A DNA stretch of 55,679 nucleotides. It comes from an uncultured Methanosarcinales archaeon (GTDB lineage: Archaea; Nanobdellota; Nanobdellia; Woesearchaeales; CAYZNE01). The stretch is taken from NCBI GenBank assembly GCA_964461035.1, contig CAYWRI010000001.1, positions 43,394 to 99,072 on the forward strand, given 5' to 3'. The notes beneath the pieces are model-generated. The model was not told where the DNA came from. It searched no databases and saw nothing but the letters and a program-made list of their open reading frames with translations. Shown one piece after another: positions 10,163-19,015 of the stretch (the stretch's first letter is position 1; every line of letters starts with the position of its first letter). Both the position numbers and the translations under genes were made by a program.

Positions 10163-10236
10163 GACCTCATGGCTCAGTCTGGTAGAGCAGCCGGCTCTTA
10201 ACCGGCAGGTCGGGGGTTCGAATCCCCTTGGGGTCA
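10163..10236 (+). tRNA. tRNA-Lys (CTT)
   Basis: Acceptor GACCTCA/TGGGGTC, anticodon arm GCCGG-CT-CTT-AA-CCGGC, T-loop TTCGAAT. Confidence 0.96.
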
Positions 10237-10247
10237 TCAATTTATTT

Positions 10248-10991
10248 TTATATATCAATATCTATTAAGTCGTAAGCTAATATGGTATTTTGAAAAAACT
10301 CTTTTGTTTGTTTAAGTCTCACTTCTTCAGATATTGGATAAAGATGAGTGAGAACAAGCTTTTTGACCTTTGCTTTTGTAGCAATTAGACCGCATTCTTT
10401 AGGAATAAGATGCGATGAGGACTTACGATTATTATCAAAAGAACATTCTAAAACTAAAACATCTGCATTTTTTGAAAAGTTAATTATGTCTTCATTATAG
10501 TACATATCTCCTGCAATTACTAATGTTTTATTTTTTTCTATAAATTTGAATGCAAGACTTTCTTCAGTATGTACTGTACTAAGTGTGAAAACTGAAAAGT
10601 TATCAAATACGAGTTCATCTTGATTAATCTCTTTAATATTTATTTCAAATTTTGGCGGATTTTTAGTAAATACGAGAGGTTCAATATAAGTAGTATATAA
10701 TTTTTTAAAACCTTTCGGCCCAATTATTTGCAATTCTTTAGTTTTATCAAGATGTGGATATTTTAAAGCCCATAAAATAACATACAATTCTGCAAAATGA
10801 TCAATATGAAAATGAGAAATAAAAATTATGTCTATATCTTGAATAGGAATTTTGGCTTGTGATAGTCTAACTAGAGTTCCGCTACCGCAGTCTACTAATA
10901 TTTGTTTATTTCCAATTCTAATATAATTTGAAGCTGAAACTCTGTCTTTTGAAACTTGACTTGTTCCTGTTCCTAATATTTTAAGATTCAT
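10248..10991 (-). CDS. MBL-fold metallo-hydrolase (RNase Z/BN-like)
   Basis: ILGTGTS, LVDCGSG, SHFHIDH, GDMYY, LECSF, SHL, LTHLYP motifs. Confidence 0.88.
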   Translation of the reverse strand: MNLKILGTGTSQVSKDRVSASNYIRIGNKQILVDCGSGTLVRLSQAKIPIQDIDIIFISHFHIDHFAELYVILWALKYPHLDKTKELQIIGPKGFKKLYTTYIEPLVFTKNPPKFEINIKEINQDELVFDNFSVFTLSTVHTEESLAFKFIEKNKTLVIAGDMYYNEDIINFSKNADVLVLECSFDNNRKSSSHLIPKECGLIATKAKVKKLVLTHLYPISEEVRLKQTKEFFQNTILAYDLIDIDI

Positions 10992-11069
10992 AAACTCATA
11001 TTTGTAAATTGATTATATAAATTTTTTGAAAAATTGGATTGATTCGAATGAATTCAACAATTAAAAGGG

Positions 11070-11636
11070 CTATTCTCCGAATACAATGGCTTCAAAAGTG
11101 TAAACTGAAGTTGAAGAAGAATCTTTCCAAGCATTAACATTAAGACTTGCTTTCTGACAAGTCATTTGAAGTGCTTTTAAAGGTGTAGCGTCCCATTCAG
11201 TAAAAACTTGGGGTAATAAAATCCCTGAATAATAATTAGGTCCTTCAATAAATAATCCGTGTTTTCCAATCATAATTTTTTTCACGTATTTTTCAGGTTC
11301 ACATTTCAACTTTTCAAGAGGTGTCAAAACAGATATTTCTAATGTTATAAATGGAATTTCATCTCGTTTTAGAGGAGAAAATCTAGGATCATTAAATGCT
11401 GCTAATCTCGCATTGTCCCTTATTGCTTGCCACAAAGGAGCAATTGGTAGTGTGTGACCTATGCAACCTCTTAATTCCTTATTCTTATGCAAAGTTACAA
11501 ACGCACCTTGTTTCAAACTAAATTTTTGAACTTTTTTCTTTAGAAACTCGTCTACATCTTCTTTATTAAACTCAGATTCAATAGAATTTCTTGCTAAATC
11601 CAATAATAATGTTTTATCTTCTTTTGATATCTCCAT
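11070..11636 (-). CDS. AMMECR1-domain protein (AmmeMemoRadiSam protein A family)
   Basis: GAFVTLH...LRGCIG...AAFNDPRF...EISVLTP...GKHGL...GILLPQV...CQKA. Confidence 0.92.
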   Translation of the reverse strand: MEISKEDKTLLLDLARNSIESEFNKEDVDEFLKKKVQKFSLKQGAFVTLHKNKELRGCIGHTLPIAPLWQAIRDNARLAAFNDPRFSPLKRDEIPFITLEISVLTPLEKLKCEPEKYVKKIMIGKHGLFIEGPNYYSGILLPQVFTEWDATPLKALQMTCQKASLNVNAWKDSSSTSVYTFEAIVFGE

Positions 11637-11668
11637 TTTTTAATATGCTCACCTAATTTATAATAAAC

Positions 11669-11735
11669 GCGCTCTTCAGTTACTCATTGTAATCATTTCC
11701 TTGCGGATCATCGGGTGTTCACTAAATCATGGCGC
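11669..11735 (-). ncRNA. putative box C/D sRNA (67 nt)
   Basis: GCGC-C-[ATGATTT]-12-nt guide-[ATGA]-TCC/GCAA/GGA-A-[ATGATTA]-10-nt guide-[CTGA]-AGA-GCGC; the internal motif forms a complete K-turn; TTTTTTAAAG TATA-like element 22-31 nt upstream. Confidence 0.7.
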
Positions 11736-11854
11736 AAATTACGATAATACTTTACACTTTAAAAAATTAGTGGGTAAATAGTTTACTTATGTTACTAACC
11801 GTAATTGTTGTCAAATCAACAACACATTTAAATGATTAAATTCAAGCAGATATT

Positions 11855-12574
11855 ATGACAATCAAAATAATAAAATATGGTGGTTCAATAGTTAATCCTG
11901 ATGGAAATTTTAATTCAAATTCTTTAACTCAATTAATTAATTTGATAAAAGAATTTTCAGAAGATAAATTCATATTTATAATAGGTGGTGGTAAAATGTC
12001 AAGAATATTACAAAATAATATTGATAAAACAATTTCTTCTTCAATAATTAAGGATTATGAAAATTATGCGAGAGATTGGTTGGGAATATCTGCTTCAAGA
12101 ATTAATGCAGAAATTGTAAGAAATAAAGTCAGTAAAGTTATTAAAGGAGTTCATTCTGAACTTCTATTAAACCCCGAAATAAGTTCTCTTCCAGATAATT
12201 CCAGAATCTTCTTTTCTGGCGGATGGAAACCAGGTTGGTCAACAGATTTTGTATCATTAAAATTTGCAGAATTTTTAAATGTAAATGAAGTCTATAAAGT
12301 TTCAGATTTTGTTCAAGTTTTGGATGTTTCTCCTGAAGAAATTGATAAAAATAATTTAGACAAATATTCTGCTCTTCCAAAAATATCTTGGGACAAGATG
12401 ATTGAAATTGTAGGAACTTCTTGGATTCCTGGAAGAAATGCACCGCTTGATCCTGAGGCCGCAAAATTAGGGAAAAAAATGTCTTTTAACGGATTTAAGC
12501 TTTTAATAGGTCAAATGCCTGAATTAATAAAAATGATTAAAAAACAAGATTTCATAGGAACAATTGTCGAATAA
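11855..12574 (+). CDS. pyrH: archaeal-type UMP kinase
   Basis: IIKYGGSI, IIGGGKMSR, DWLGISASRINA, GGWKPGWSTD, PLDPEAAK. Confidence 0.9.
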   Translation: MTIKIIKYGGSIVNPDGNFNSNSLTQLINLIKEFSEDKFIFIIGGGKMSRILQNNIDKTISSSIIKDYENYARDWLGISASRINAEIVRNKVSKVIKGVHSELLLNPEISSLPDNSRIFFSGGWKPGWSTDFVSLKFAEFLNVNEVYKVSDFVQVLDVSPEEIDKNNLDKYSALPKISWDKMIEIVGTSWIPGRNAPLDPEAAKLGKKMSFNGFKLLIGQMPELIKMIKKQDFIGTIVE

Positions 12575-12625
12575 AACGCGTTGAATTAAAAATATTTATA
12601 AACAACAAAGGTAAATAATTGAAGT

Positions 12626-12985
12626 ATGTTAGAAGATACATTACAAAAAATCGAGAATAAAAAATATCAATCAGATAAAAATAATAGTGATGAGATAAAA
12701 ATTTCTAAAGACAAAATAACTTCCATAGCAGTTTTGAGTGCATTAATAATAATAATTTGCTTTCTTTCATTATATTCAATTGCATATAGAGCAGGGATGC
12801 AAGATAATAAAAATTCTTTACAATATCCTTCTTCAGGTATGGCTTCAGAACAACCTGTTGCAGAATGTATTTTATATTCAGATCAAATTATTATAACCTC
12901 TCAAGAATGTTCTGTTCCTGTTGATTGTGCACCTAATGGTATTTGTCTTACTGATTACGGTGTGTGTGCTTATTTTATTAACTAA
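12626..12985 (+). CDS. single-pass membrane protein with a Cys-rich C-terminus
   Basis: One hydrophobic helix; C-terminal C..C..C..C..C pattern. Confidence 0.55.
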   Translation: MLEDTLQKIENKKYQSDKNNSDEIKISKDKITSIAVLSALIIIICFLSLYSIAYRAGMQDNKNSLQYPSSGMASEQPVAECILYSDQIIITSQECSVPVDCAPNGICLTDYGVCAYFIN

Positions 12986-13021
12986 TTTTCTATTCAATAA
13001 AATAAAAAAAGATAAAAGAAT

Positions 13022-13390
13022 TTATTTAAGTTGATTTTCAAAACTTCTAAATATTTCTGAAAGACCCATAAAAATATTTCTATTTGTTGTTTCAGCGTTT
13101 TTTACTTTTCCAGAATATATTAATTCAGCATGTAATTCATGATTCATACTTTTTTCCGTTTTATGTATTGGTTTAAGATGCACCTTTAATCGTTCAAAGT
13201 TGTCAAGAGATTCCTGTATTTTTCTAACTTGATTGCCAACTATTTTTTTTACTATACTCATATTTCCGCGATCAATTTGTTTGAATCCTGATAATTGAAT
13301 TTTTTCTCCAAGATTCATTAGTTCTTCTTGAGCTTCAAAATTTTGTATGGGCTCACTTATCTCATTAAGGGCATTTATTTTAGTTTCCAT
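13022..13390 (-). CDS. hypothetical protein, possibly HPF/RaiA-like fold
   Basis: Beta-alpha-beta-beta-beta-alpha pattern (IQLSGF / IVKKIVGNQVRKI / LKVHLK / HELHAELI / NIFMGLSEIFRSFENQL). Confidence 0.45.
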   Translation of the reverse strand: METKINALNEISEPIQNFEAQEELMNLGEKIQLSGFKQIDRGNMSIVKKIVGNQVRKIQESLDNFERLKVHLKPIHKTEKSMNHELHAELIYSGKVKNAETTNRNIFMGLSEIFRSFENQLK

Positions 13391-13402
13391 TAGTTAATCA
13401 CC

Positions 13403-13909
13403 TCACACTTTGTAACGATTCATATTTAAATGAGCTTTGAATTCTTCTTGAAATAATTTACATTTTTCCACACAAAATTTCATATAATGATTTTCATGGC
13501 TTCCGAATACAAACTTTTCAAAAACGGTTTTTAAGAAAAAATATAATGGTAATGTTTCCCATTTGTTTTCATAATCTGTTTCAAGATATCCTGTTAAAGT
13601 AAAAGTTATATGACCCTTGTGCATATCTTTTTGTATACCATCTAGTTCTACTCTAACTTTTTGAACATGTTCAAATAATATGTGGACGTGCATAACAACT
13701 TTAGCATAATCTGAAAACTTTTTATATGGTCTGTACCTATATTCTATTTGTTTTTCTTGACCAAAGACTTTTTCTGCAGTTAGTTCCTCTACAAAATCAT
13801 AACCATGGTTTGCAAACCAATTAAATATAAATTTATGAACTTTTGTTACATGGAAGAAACCACTATATTGTACTTCTCTTGTTGGATATGCTACTCTATA
13901 TTCACTCAT
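13403..13909 (-). CDS. hypothetical protein (168 aa)
   Basis: ORF in an operon-like arrangement; its stop is directly followed by the GGTGAT SD of the next gene. Confidence 0.6.
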   Translation of the reverse strand: MSEYRVAYPTREVQYSGFFHVTKVHKFIFNWFANHGYDFVEELTAEKVFGQEKQIEYRYRPYKKFSDYAKVVMHVHILFEHVQKVRVELDGIQKDMHKGHITFTLTGYLETDYENKWETLPLYFFLKTVFEKFVFGSHENHYMKFCVEKCKLFQEEFKAHLNMNRYKV

Positions 13910-14144
13910 CTTTGCCTCATATTACTACAATCCCTATTATGAAACTCTTGGTTTAAAAATATTTTGGATTAGCAGGTGTATCCCAAAGGAATGAATTGCA
14001 TACTTTCTTTTTGTGACCTATTTTCGTTTTTGATAATACGTTGAACTTTTTTAAAAATTGAAGATGTATTTTATTCATTCTTTCAACAATTTCGCCTAAA
14101 TTTAATAAATAAATTCTATTTATGATGTGTGATCTTTTTGAAAA

Positions 14145-15434
14145 TTAAATTCTAATGTGTTGTTTAGCAATAGCTTCAACTTTTTTCTTGGTCCGTCTCA
14201 TATTAATAAATAATCTTTCTGTTAGTGTTAATTTAGGTTTAAATTTTTTAGGCCAGGTTTTGTGTTCAACACATATTTCATTATTTTTACAACTTATAAT
14301 AAAATAACTTAGCTCAATTTTTGAATAGAAAATATCTGGTAAGAATATGTATTTACTTTTAACTCTGTACACTTTTCTTAACCAGGTGCCCGTATTGATT
14401 ATTACATTGCCTTTTTCTTTTGTTATGCCTTTTCTATGTGTGTGTGCATAAACATAAAAATCTACACTTTTATTATTTTTAAAAACTTTTTTAGCTTTTT
14501 TTTCAAATGAAGATCCTTTAAACCTTGTAAAATTTTTATTTCCTATAATTCCATACTTAACAAGTCTTCTTTTAATGTCTTTAATTACAAAAAGTCCTGG
14601 AATAGATATGAATATAAAACTAATTATTAATCCTATATCTATAGATATGATGATCCAAATAAACTTTCCCCAGATACCAAATGAATTAATACTTTTTGTT
14701 AAAAAATAATGTAATCCTTCCATAATTCCTAAATAATTCAAAATTATTATTCCTAAAATGAAAATGCTTAATAAAAGCATTAATATGAATGGTAACAAAA
14801 TCCATCTTAATATTGGATTCATTTCTTTATAAAAATAATTAGAAAATATCCAATAAGGGACAGTTTCTTCAGGAACTACTGATTCTATGTATCTTAACCA
14901 GGGTCTTTTAGATATCTTAGAAATTCTTTGAGCAGCACAGTTTATTTTTGTTGTGGTGTAAAACCCTAATGGCCTAAATTCTTTACTATCATAAGGTTCA
15001 AATCTAGTGTATGCATCTTGTTGATGTCCGTGTTCTATCCAAATTTTTCGATTTTTAATTTTTCTCATTATATGTTCTTTTTGTTCTAAGTTAATATTAC
15101 ATTCTGCAAGCTTTTTTTTAAACTTGATAGAATAAAGTAATTCTTGATCATGATTTCCCGGAATAATACTTATGTTTATTTTCTCACCGGTTTTTTTAAA
15201 TTGATTAAATAGTTTTTTATGAGTTCTAATAATAAAATCTAATTTAGCAATTCCTTTATATTTTGTGATTTCCCACAAACTAAATGCATCTCCCACAATT
15301 ATTAATTCAGTTGTTTTGTTCTTATTATAGAAACTTTGTAGAAACTCTATCAATTCTTTTTCATTTTCAAAATCATTGAGTGCACCATCTCCTCCAATGT
15401 GCATGTCGCTAATAAAATAGTATTCTTTTGTCAT
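14145..15434 (-). CDS. calcineurin-like metallophosphoesterase with two inserted transmembrane helices
   Basis: ISDMHIG, VGDAF, PGNHD, EHGH and YAHTHR metal-binding motifs; hydrophobic segments between motifs IV and V. Confidence 0.85.
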   Translation of the reverse strand: MTKEYYFISDMHIGGDGALNDFENEKELIEFLQSFYNKNKTTELIIVGDAFSLWEITKYKGIAKLDFIIRTHKKLFNQFKKTGEKINISIIPGNHDQELLYSIKFKKKLAECNINLEQKEHIMRKIKNRKIWIEHGHQQDAYTRFEPYDSKEFRPLGFYTTTKINCAAQRISKISKRPWLRYIESVVPEETVPYWIFSNYFYKEMNPILRWILLPFILMLLLSIFILGIIILNYLGIMEGLHYFLTKSINSFGIWGKFIWIIISIDIGLIISFIFISIPGLFVIKDIKRRLVKYGIIGNKNFTRFKGSSFEKKAKKVFKNNKSVDFYVYAHTHRKGITKEKGNVIINTGTWLRKVYRVKSKYIFLPDIFYSKIELSYFIISCKNNEICVEHKTWPKKFKPKLTLTERLFINMRRTKKKVEAIAKQHIRI

Positions 15435-15613
15435 GCAAGGTTATTAGATTCAATCTTTTTTAAATTCTTTGATTATTTGAGTATGTTTAAAAAGAAGTAA
15501 CAAAGTATGTTCACTAATTTTTATTGTTTAGTTTTTCACACTTTAAGGTATTGTTCAGTACTCATTCGTTTATTTTTGCATGTATATACATACATATTAG
15601 CTTATTAACATAT

Positions 15614-16012
15614 TTACAGAACTATTGTATCAAATGCAAATCTCATATTGCTTGGAAAATCAGACATTTTTAGATAATCTTGAGTGGCGTCTTTTTTATT
15701 TATCATTTCGAATAATTGATTAAATTCATTTGCAATATTTTCAAGATCTTCAGAATTTGCGTTTCCCTGAAGAGAAATATAAGGTGTTTCCCCTTTTCCA
15801 ATAAAAGGGCCTAAAAAGAATGCTGCACTAGTGTGAAGATTTTTATATCCTGTATTAATTTCATTATTATCTCCCACATAAATGTTTAATTCAATTCAAC
15901 TCCAATTTGCACGTACAGCAAGTTCAGAGAGTCTTTTTAAATATCTTATTGGAAAACTCTGATTTAAGGGTTTATATTTTCTACAAAGAACGTTAAATTT
16001 TTCTTTACCCAT
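15614..16012 (-). pseudogene. hypothetical gene interrupted by an in-frame TGA at 15896-15898
   Basis: ATG at 16012 (GTGAT SD upstream) reads MGKEKFNV...RANWS*IELNIYVGDNNE, in frame with the 87-aa track ORF. Confidence 0.5.
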
Positions 16013-16090
16013 TTATATCACAATCTATGTAATGATTCTAAAATATATAAATCTTTGGTTTGCTTTTTTAAATTATCTAAGAATAAAAAA

Positions 16091-16173
16091 CGCCAAGGCC
16101 CAGATTCGAACTGGGAATAGCCTAAGCTACTGGATCTCAAGTCCAGCCGAGTACCGGATTGTCGCACCTTGGC
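16091..16173 (-). tRNA. tRNA-Ser (TGA)
   Basis: Acceptor GCCAAGG/CCTTGGC, G73, anticodon arm CTGGA-CT-TGA-GA-TCCAG, long variable arm, T arm CCCAG-TTCGAAT-CTGGG. Confidence 0.93.
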
Positions 16174-16175
16174 AA

Positions 16176-16298
16176 TGCGGATGAGGAGACTTGAACTCCC
16201 GACCTCCAGATGGCTCAGCACACGAATAATCATTGCCTTGCAGCTCATCACTCATGGATTTATGAGTCTGGCGCTCTAACCAACTAAACTACATCCGC
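16176..16298 (-). tRNA. tRNA-Met (CAT, probably elongator) with a 49-nt intron at 37/38 (intron 16212-16260)
   Basis: Acceptor GCGGATG/CATCCGC, CCAGA-CT-CAT-A|intron|A-TCTGG; central BHB helix C32-A35 pairs with the intron's 3' TGAG. Ile2 identity cannot be excluded from sequence alone. Confidence 0.9.
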
Positions 16299-16394
16299 TT
16301 TTCAATTTGAGAAAAACTAGCGCTTTAAAAATATTTATGTTTAATAACTACGAAAAAGAATTAAATAATTTTTAATTAATAAAAAAAATAAAAA

Positions 16395-17192
16395 TTAAGA
16401 TTTATTATTTATAACGTATGAAGTTAAAACATCGTTCTTATACATCACACCTGCCACAGCAACTCTAAAATCATCTTGACCTTTTTTATCATCTCCAGGA
16501 ACTGCATGAAAAACAGCTTCAACAATGGTTTGTATATTCGAACATGATTCAGGAAGAACCAGCATTATGGGTCCGCCAGTAAAAGAAGGTAAAGGATTTA
16601 TGTTTTCACCAGAATATGTTGAAATAAAACCAATTTCTCCATTTTCCAAATTTAAAACGGAAATAAGCTTACCATCAATGCCTTTTTCATCAATATACAT
16701 ATTGCAAATTGCTGCATTATCCTTAGTGATTAATCCTGTTATTCGGGGAGTATAATTGGGCTTATCTGGTTCATGTTCATGAATATTAATAAAAGTTCCT
16801 GATGACTGATCAAAACGTAAATTAGGTTTCTTAAAAGCATCACTTAGACGAGTTATTGATTTAACCGAAGGATTTGGATAATACTTCCACTCTGAAATAA
16901 CACTTTCTGTTTGCACACCATTACCAACAATAATTCCGTAAAGACCGTTACAAATAGGAATGAATGCAGGATATAAAAGTAAATTTGGATTTCCTTCTGC
17001 TAATACTTCAGGATTTGTTGGTTTAGTACTAATAACCCTTGAATTCGGATCTTCCTCAGCTTCTCTGGCCTGACTTGAATCACTTCTACCACTCAAAATG
17101 TAAACGGCACCATAACCACCTTCATGATCACGAAATAACATCAGACCTCTGCCCAAATATTCAAAACTATTTAATTCTTCAAAATTTGCCAT
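16395..17192 (-). CDS. IMP cyclohydrolase-like protein (PurO-like, Ntn-hydrolase fold)
   Basis: EYLGRGL...YILSGRSDSSQAR...LLLYP...VGNGVQT...HEPDKPNYTPRITG...FISTYSG...DDFRVAV. Confidence 0.82.
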   Translation of the reverse strand: MANFEELNSFEYLGRGLMLFRDHEGGYGAVYILSGRSDSSQAREAEEDPNSRVISTKPTNPEVLAEGNPNLLLYPAFIPICNGLYGIIVGNGVQTESVISEWKYYPNPSVKSITRLSDAFKKPNLRFDQSSGTFINIHEHEPDKPNYTPRITGLITKDNAAICNMYIDEKGIDGKLISVLNLENGEIGFISTYSGENINPLPSFTGGPIMLVLPESCSNIQTIVEAVFHAVPGDDKKGQDDFRVAVAGVMYKNDVLTSYVINNKS

Positions 17193-17444
17193 TAATATAC
17201 CCCCTAAATAGACTAAAATAACTTTTAATTAATACAATTTAAGATGAAATATATAAATCTATCGTTGAGTAACAAAAATAAAACCACAATTATTTATAAA
17301 GAAAGAATTATTACGCAAAAAGTATATAAATAATACGATTAATCTGTAATTGGGAGTGATAAATTACAATTAACCGTAGCTAGATTATTAATTATTATAA
17401 ATATTGATTAGTTTACTAAATTTTACAAGGTAAGGGTGTGAAAA

Positions 17445-18494
17445 ATGAAAAACAAAGAGCTTGTTGATGAAGAATTTCCTGATGACTTTTATCCATATGA
17501 TAAAGAAAACATGCTTCAATTCTATAAAGAAATAATTAATAAAATAAAAGAAGCATATAAACTTGCTGAATCAACTCAAATAGAATTTCAGAATAAAGAA
17601 CCATTTGATGAAATTGTTGTTGCGGGAATGGGTGCTTCAGTTATATCTGGGTTTGTTTTGAAAGACTATTTAGATTCAATAGATTCAGATATTGAAATTA
17701 AAATAGGAAATGATTATGCTTTACCAAAACACATATCAAAAAACGCATTAGTATTTTGTGTTAGTTATTCTGGAAACACAGAAGAAACTTTAAGTATGTT
17801 TAAAGATGCTCAAAGAAGAAATATTAGAATTATAGCAATCACAACAAGTGGTAAACTAAAAGAATTAGCTGATAATTATAAAGTTCCAATTGTTGAAATA
17901 CCTTCACACTATCCTTCAAGAGTTGCTTTTACTTATCTTTTCTTTCCTTTAATTAAAATATTAGAAAAAATAGGCTTGATTGAATCTCATGCAAAAATTA
18001 TTGAAAATCTTTTGGAAGTTATAAGAAAAAAGGATTTTGAGAAAATGGCAATAGAATTAACAGAAAAAGTTTATGGAAAAACAGTCATAATATATAGTTC
18101 TAATAAAATGAAAGGTATTGCTTACAGATGGAAAACTCAGATTAATGAAAATGCAAAACTTCCTGCATTTTATCATTCTTTTCCAGAATTATGTCATAAT
18201 GAACTTGTTTCGTATTCTCAAGAGCTTGCAGATTTTCATATCATAATATTAAAATCTAATACTGATTCTAGAAGAATGCAGAAAAAAATGGAAATAACTA
18301 AAAAATTAATATCAAAAAATTGTCCAATAACAGAAATTAATATTACTGGGGACAACGAATTTACAAAAATGTTTACAACAATTTTAATAGGAGATATGAC
18401 TGGCTATTATCTAGCAATAAAGAACAGAATCGACCCTTCGCCTAATGATATTATAGATTGCTTAAAAAAAGAAATGGGACCTTTCATAAATTAG
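17445..18494 (+). CDS. bifunctional phosphoglucose/phosphomannose isomerase
   Basis: SIS domain VAGMGAS...CVSYSGNTEETL...TTSGKL; C-terminal RWKTQINENAK...FPELCHNEL. Confidence 0.92.
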   Translation: MKNKELVDEEFPDDFYPYDKENMLQFYKEIINKIKEAYKLAESTQIEFQNKEPFDEIVVAGMGASVISGFVLKDYLDSIDSDIEIKIGNDYALPKHISKNALVFCVSYSGNTEETLSMFKDAQRRNIRIIAITTSGKLKELADNYKVPIVEIPSHYPSRVAFTYLFFPLIKILEKIGLIESHAKIIENLLEVIRKKDFEKMAIELTEKVYGKTVIIYSSNKMKGIAYRWKTQINENAKLPAFYHSFPELCHNELVSYSQELADFHIIILKSNTDSRRMQKKMEITKKLISKNCPITEINITGDNEFTKMFTTILIGDMTGYYLAIKNRIDPSPNDIIDCLKKEMGPFIN

Positions 18495-18498
18495 TAAA

Positions 18499-18996
18499 AT
18501 GAACAAAGAAAGAATAAATATACTAAGAGCCTTGGTTCAAGAAATTAGAAATCCAAGACAAAAAATGGCTACTGGAATAATAGTATCCAAGAAAAGAGGA
18601 ATTATGCTTCTTGTAAAAGAGCGTAAACGATTTGAAGTTGCAGGAGATAGGGGATATATTTGGTTTGACATTCCAACATGTATAGAATTAGGATTAATAC
18701 CTGATAATTCAGAATTATATTCTAACGATAATAACTTAAATAATTGGCTAAATGCAAATGTTACTAATAAATCTTTTTATATTAAAGTTCCAAGATTACA
18801 TAGAAAAGTAAAGCTTATTGGAAAACGAAATCAGGGAGCCAGCTCTAGTAGAGTAAATAAACAAAAAGAATTAATTAATTATATAAAGAAAAATAAAGCT
18901 AAAATTCCTAATGCACGTAAACATATAACTGCAATAAAAAAGAAAAATATTAAGAATGTTGAGGAGTTTAGAGAGCATTTAAAAAAATCTGCTTAA
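18499..18996 (+). CDS. basic hypothetical protein (165 aa)
   Basis: ORF starts 4 nt after PGI/PMI; Lys/Arg-rich. Confidence 0.5.
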   Translation: MNKERINILRALVQEIRNPRQKMATGIIVSKKRGIMLLVKERKRFEVAGDRGYIWFDIPTCIELGLIPDNSELYSNDNNLNNWLNANVTNKSFYIKVPRLHRKVKLIGKRNQGASSSRVNKQKELINYIKKNKAKIPNARKHITAIKKKNIKNVEEFREHLKKSA

Positions 18997-19015
18997 ACCA
19001 ATTTAATTTTTTTAA

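Noticed and set aside
11695-11715. Hammerhead ribozyme core (CCGATGA...GAAA on the minus strand)
   Set aside because: Stem II cannot form in the register needed for G12-A13-A14; the K-turn reading fits every position better.
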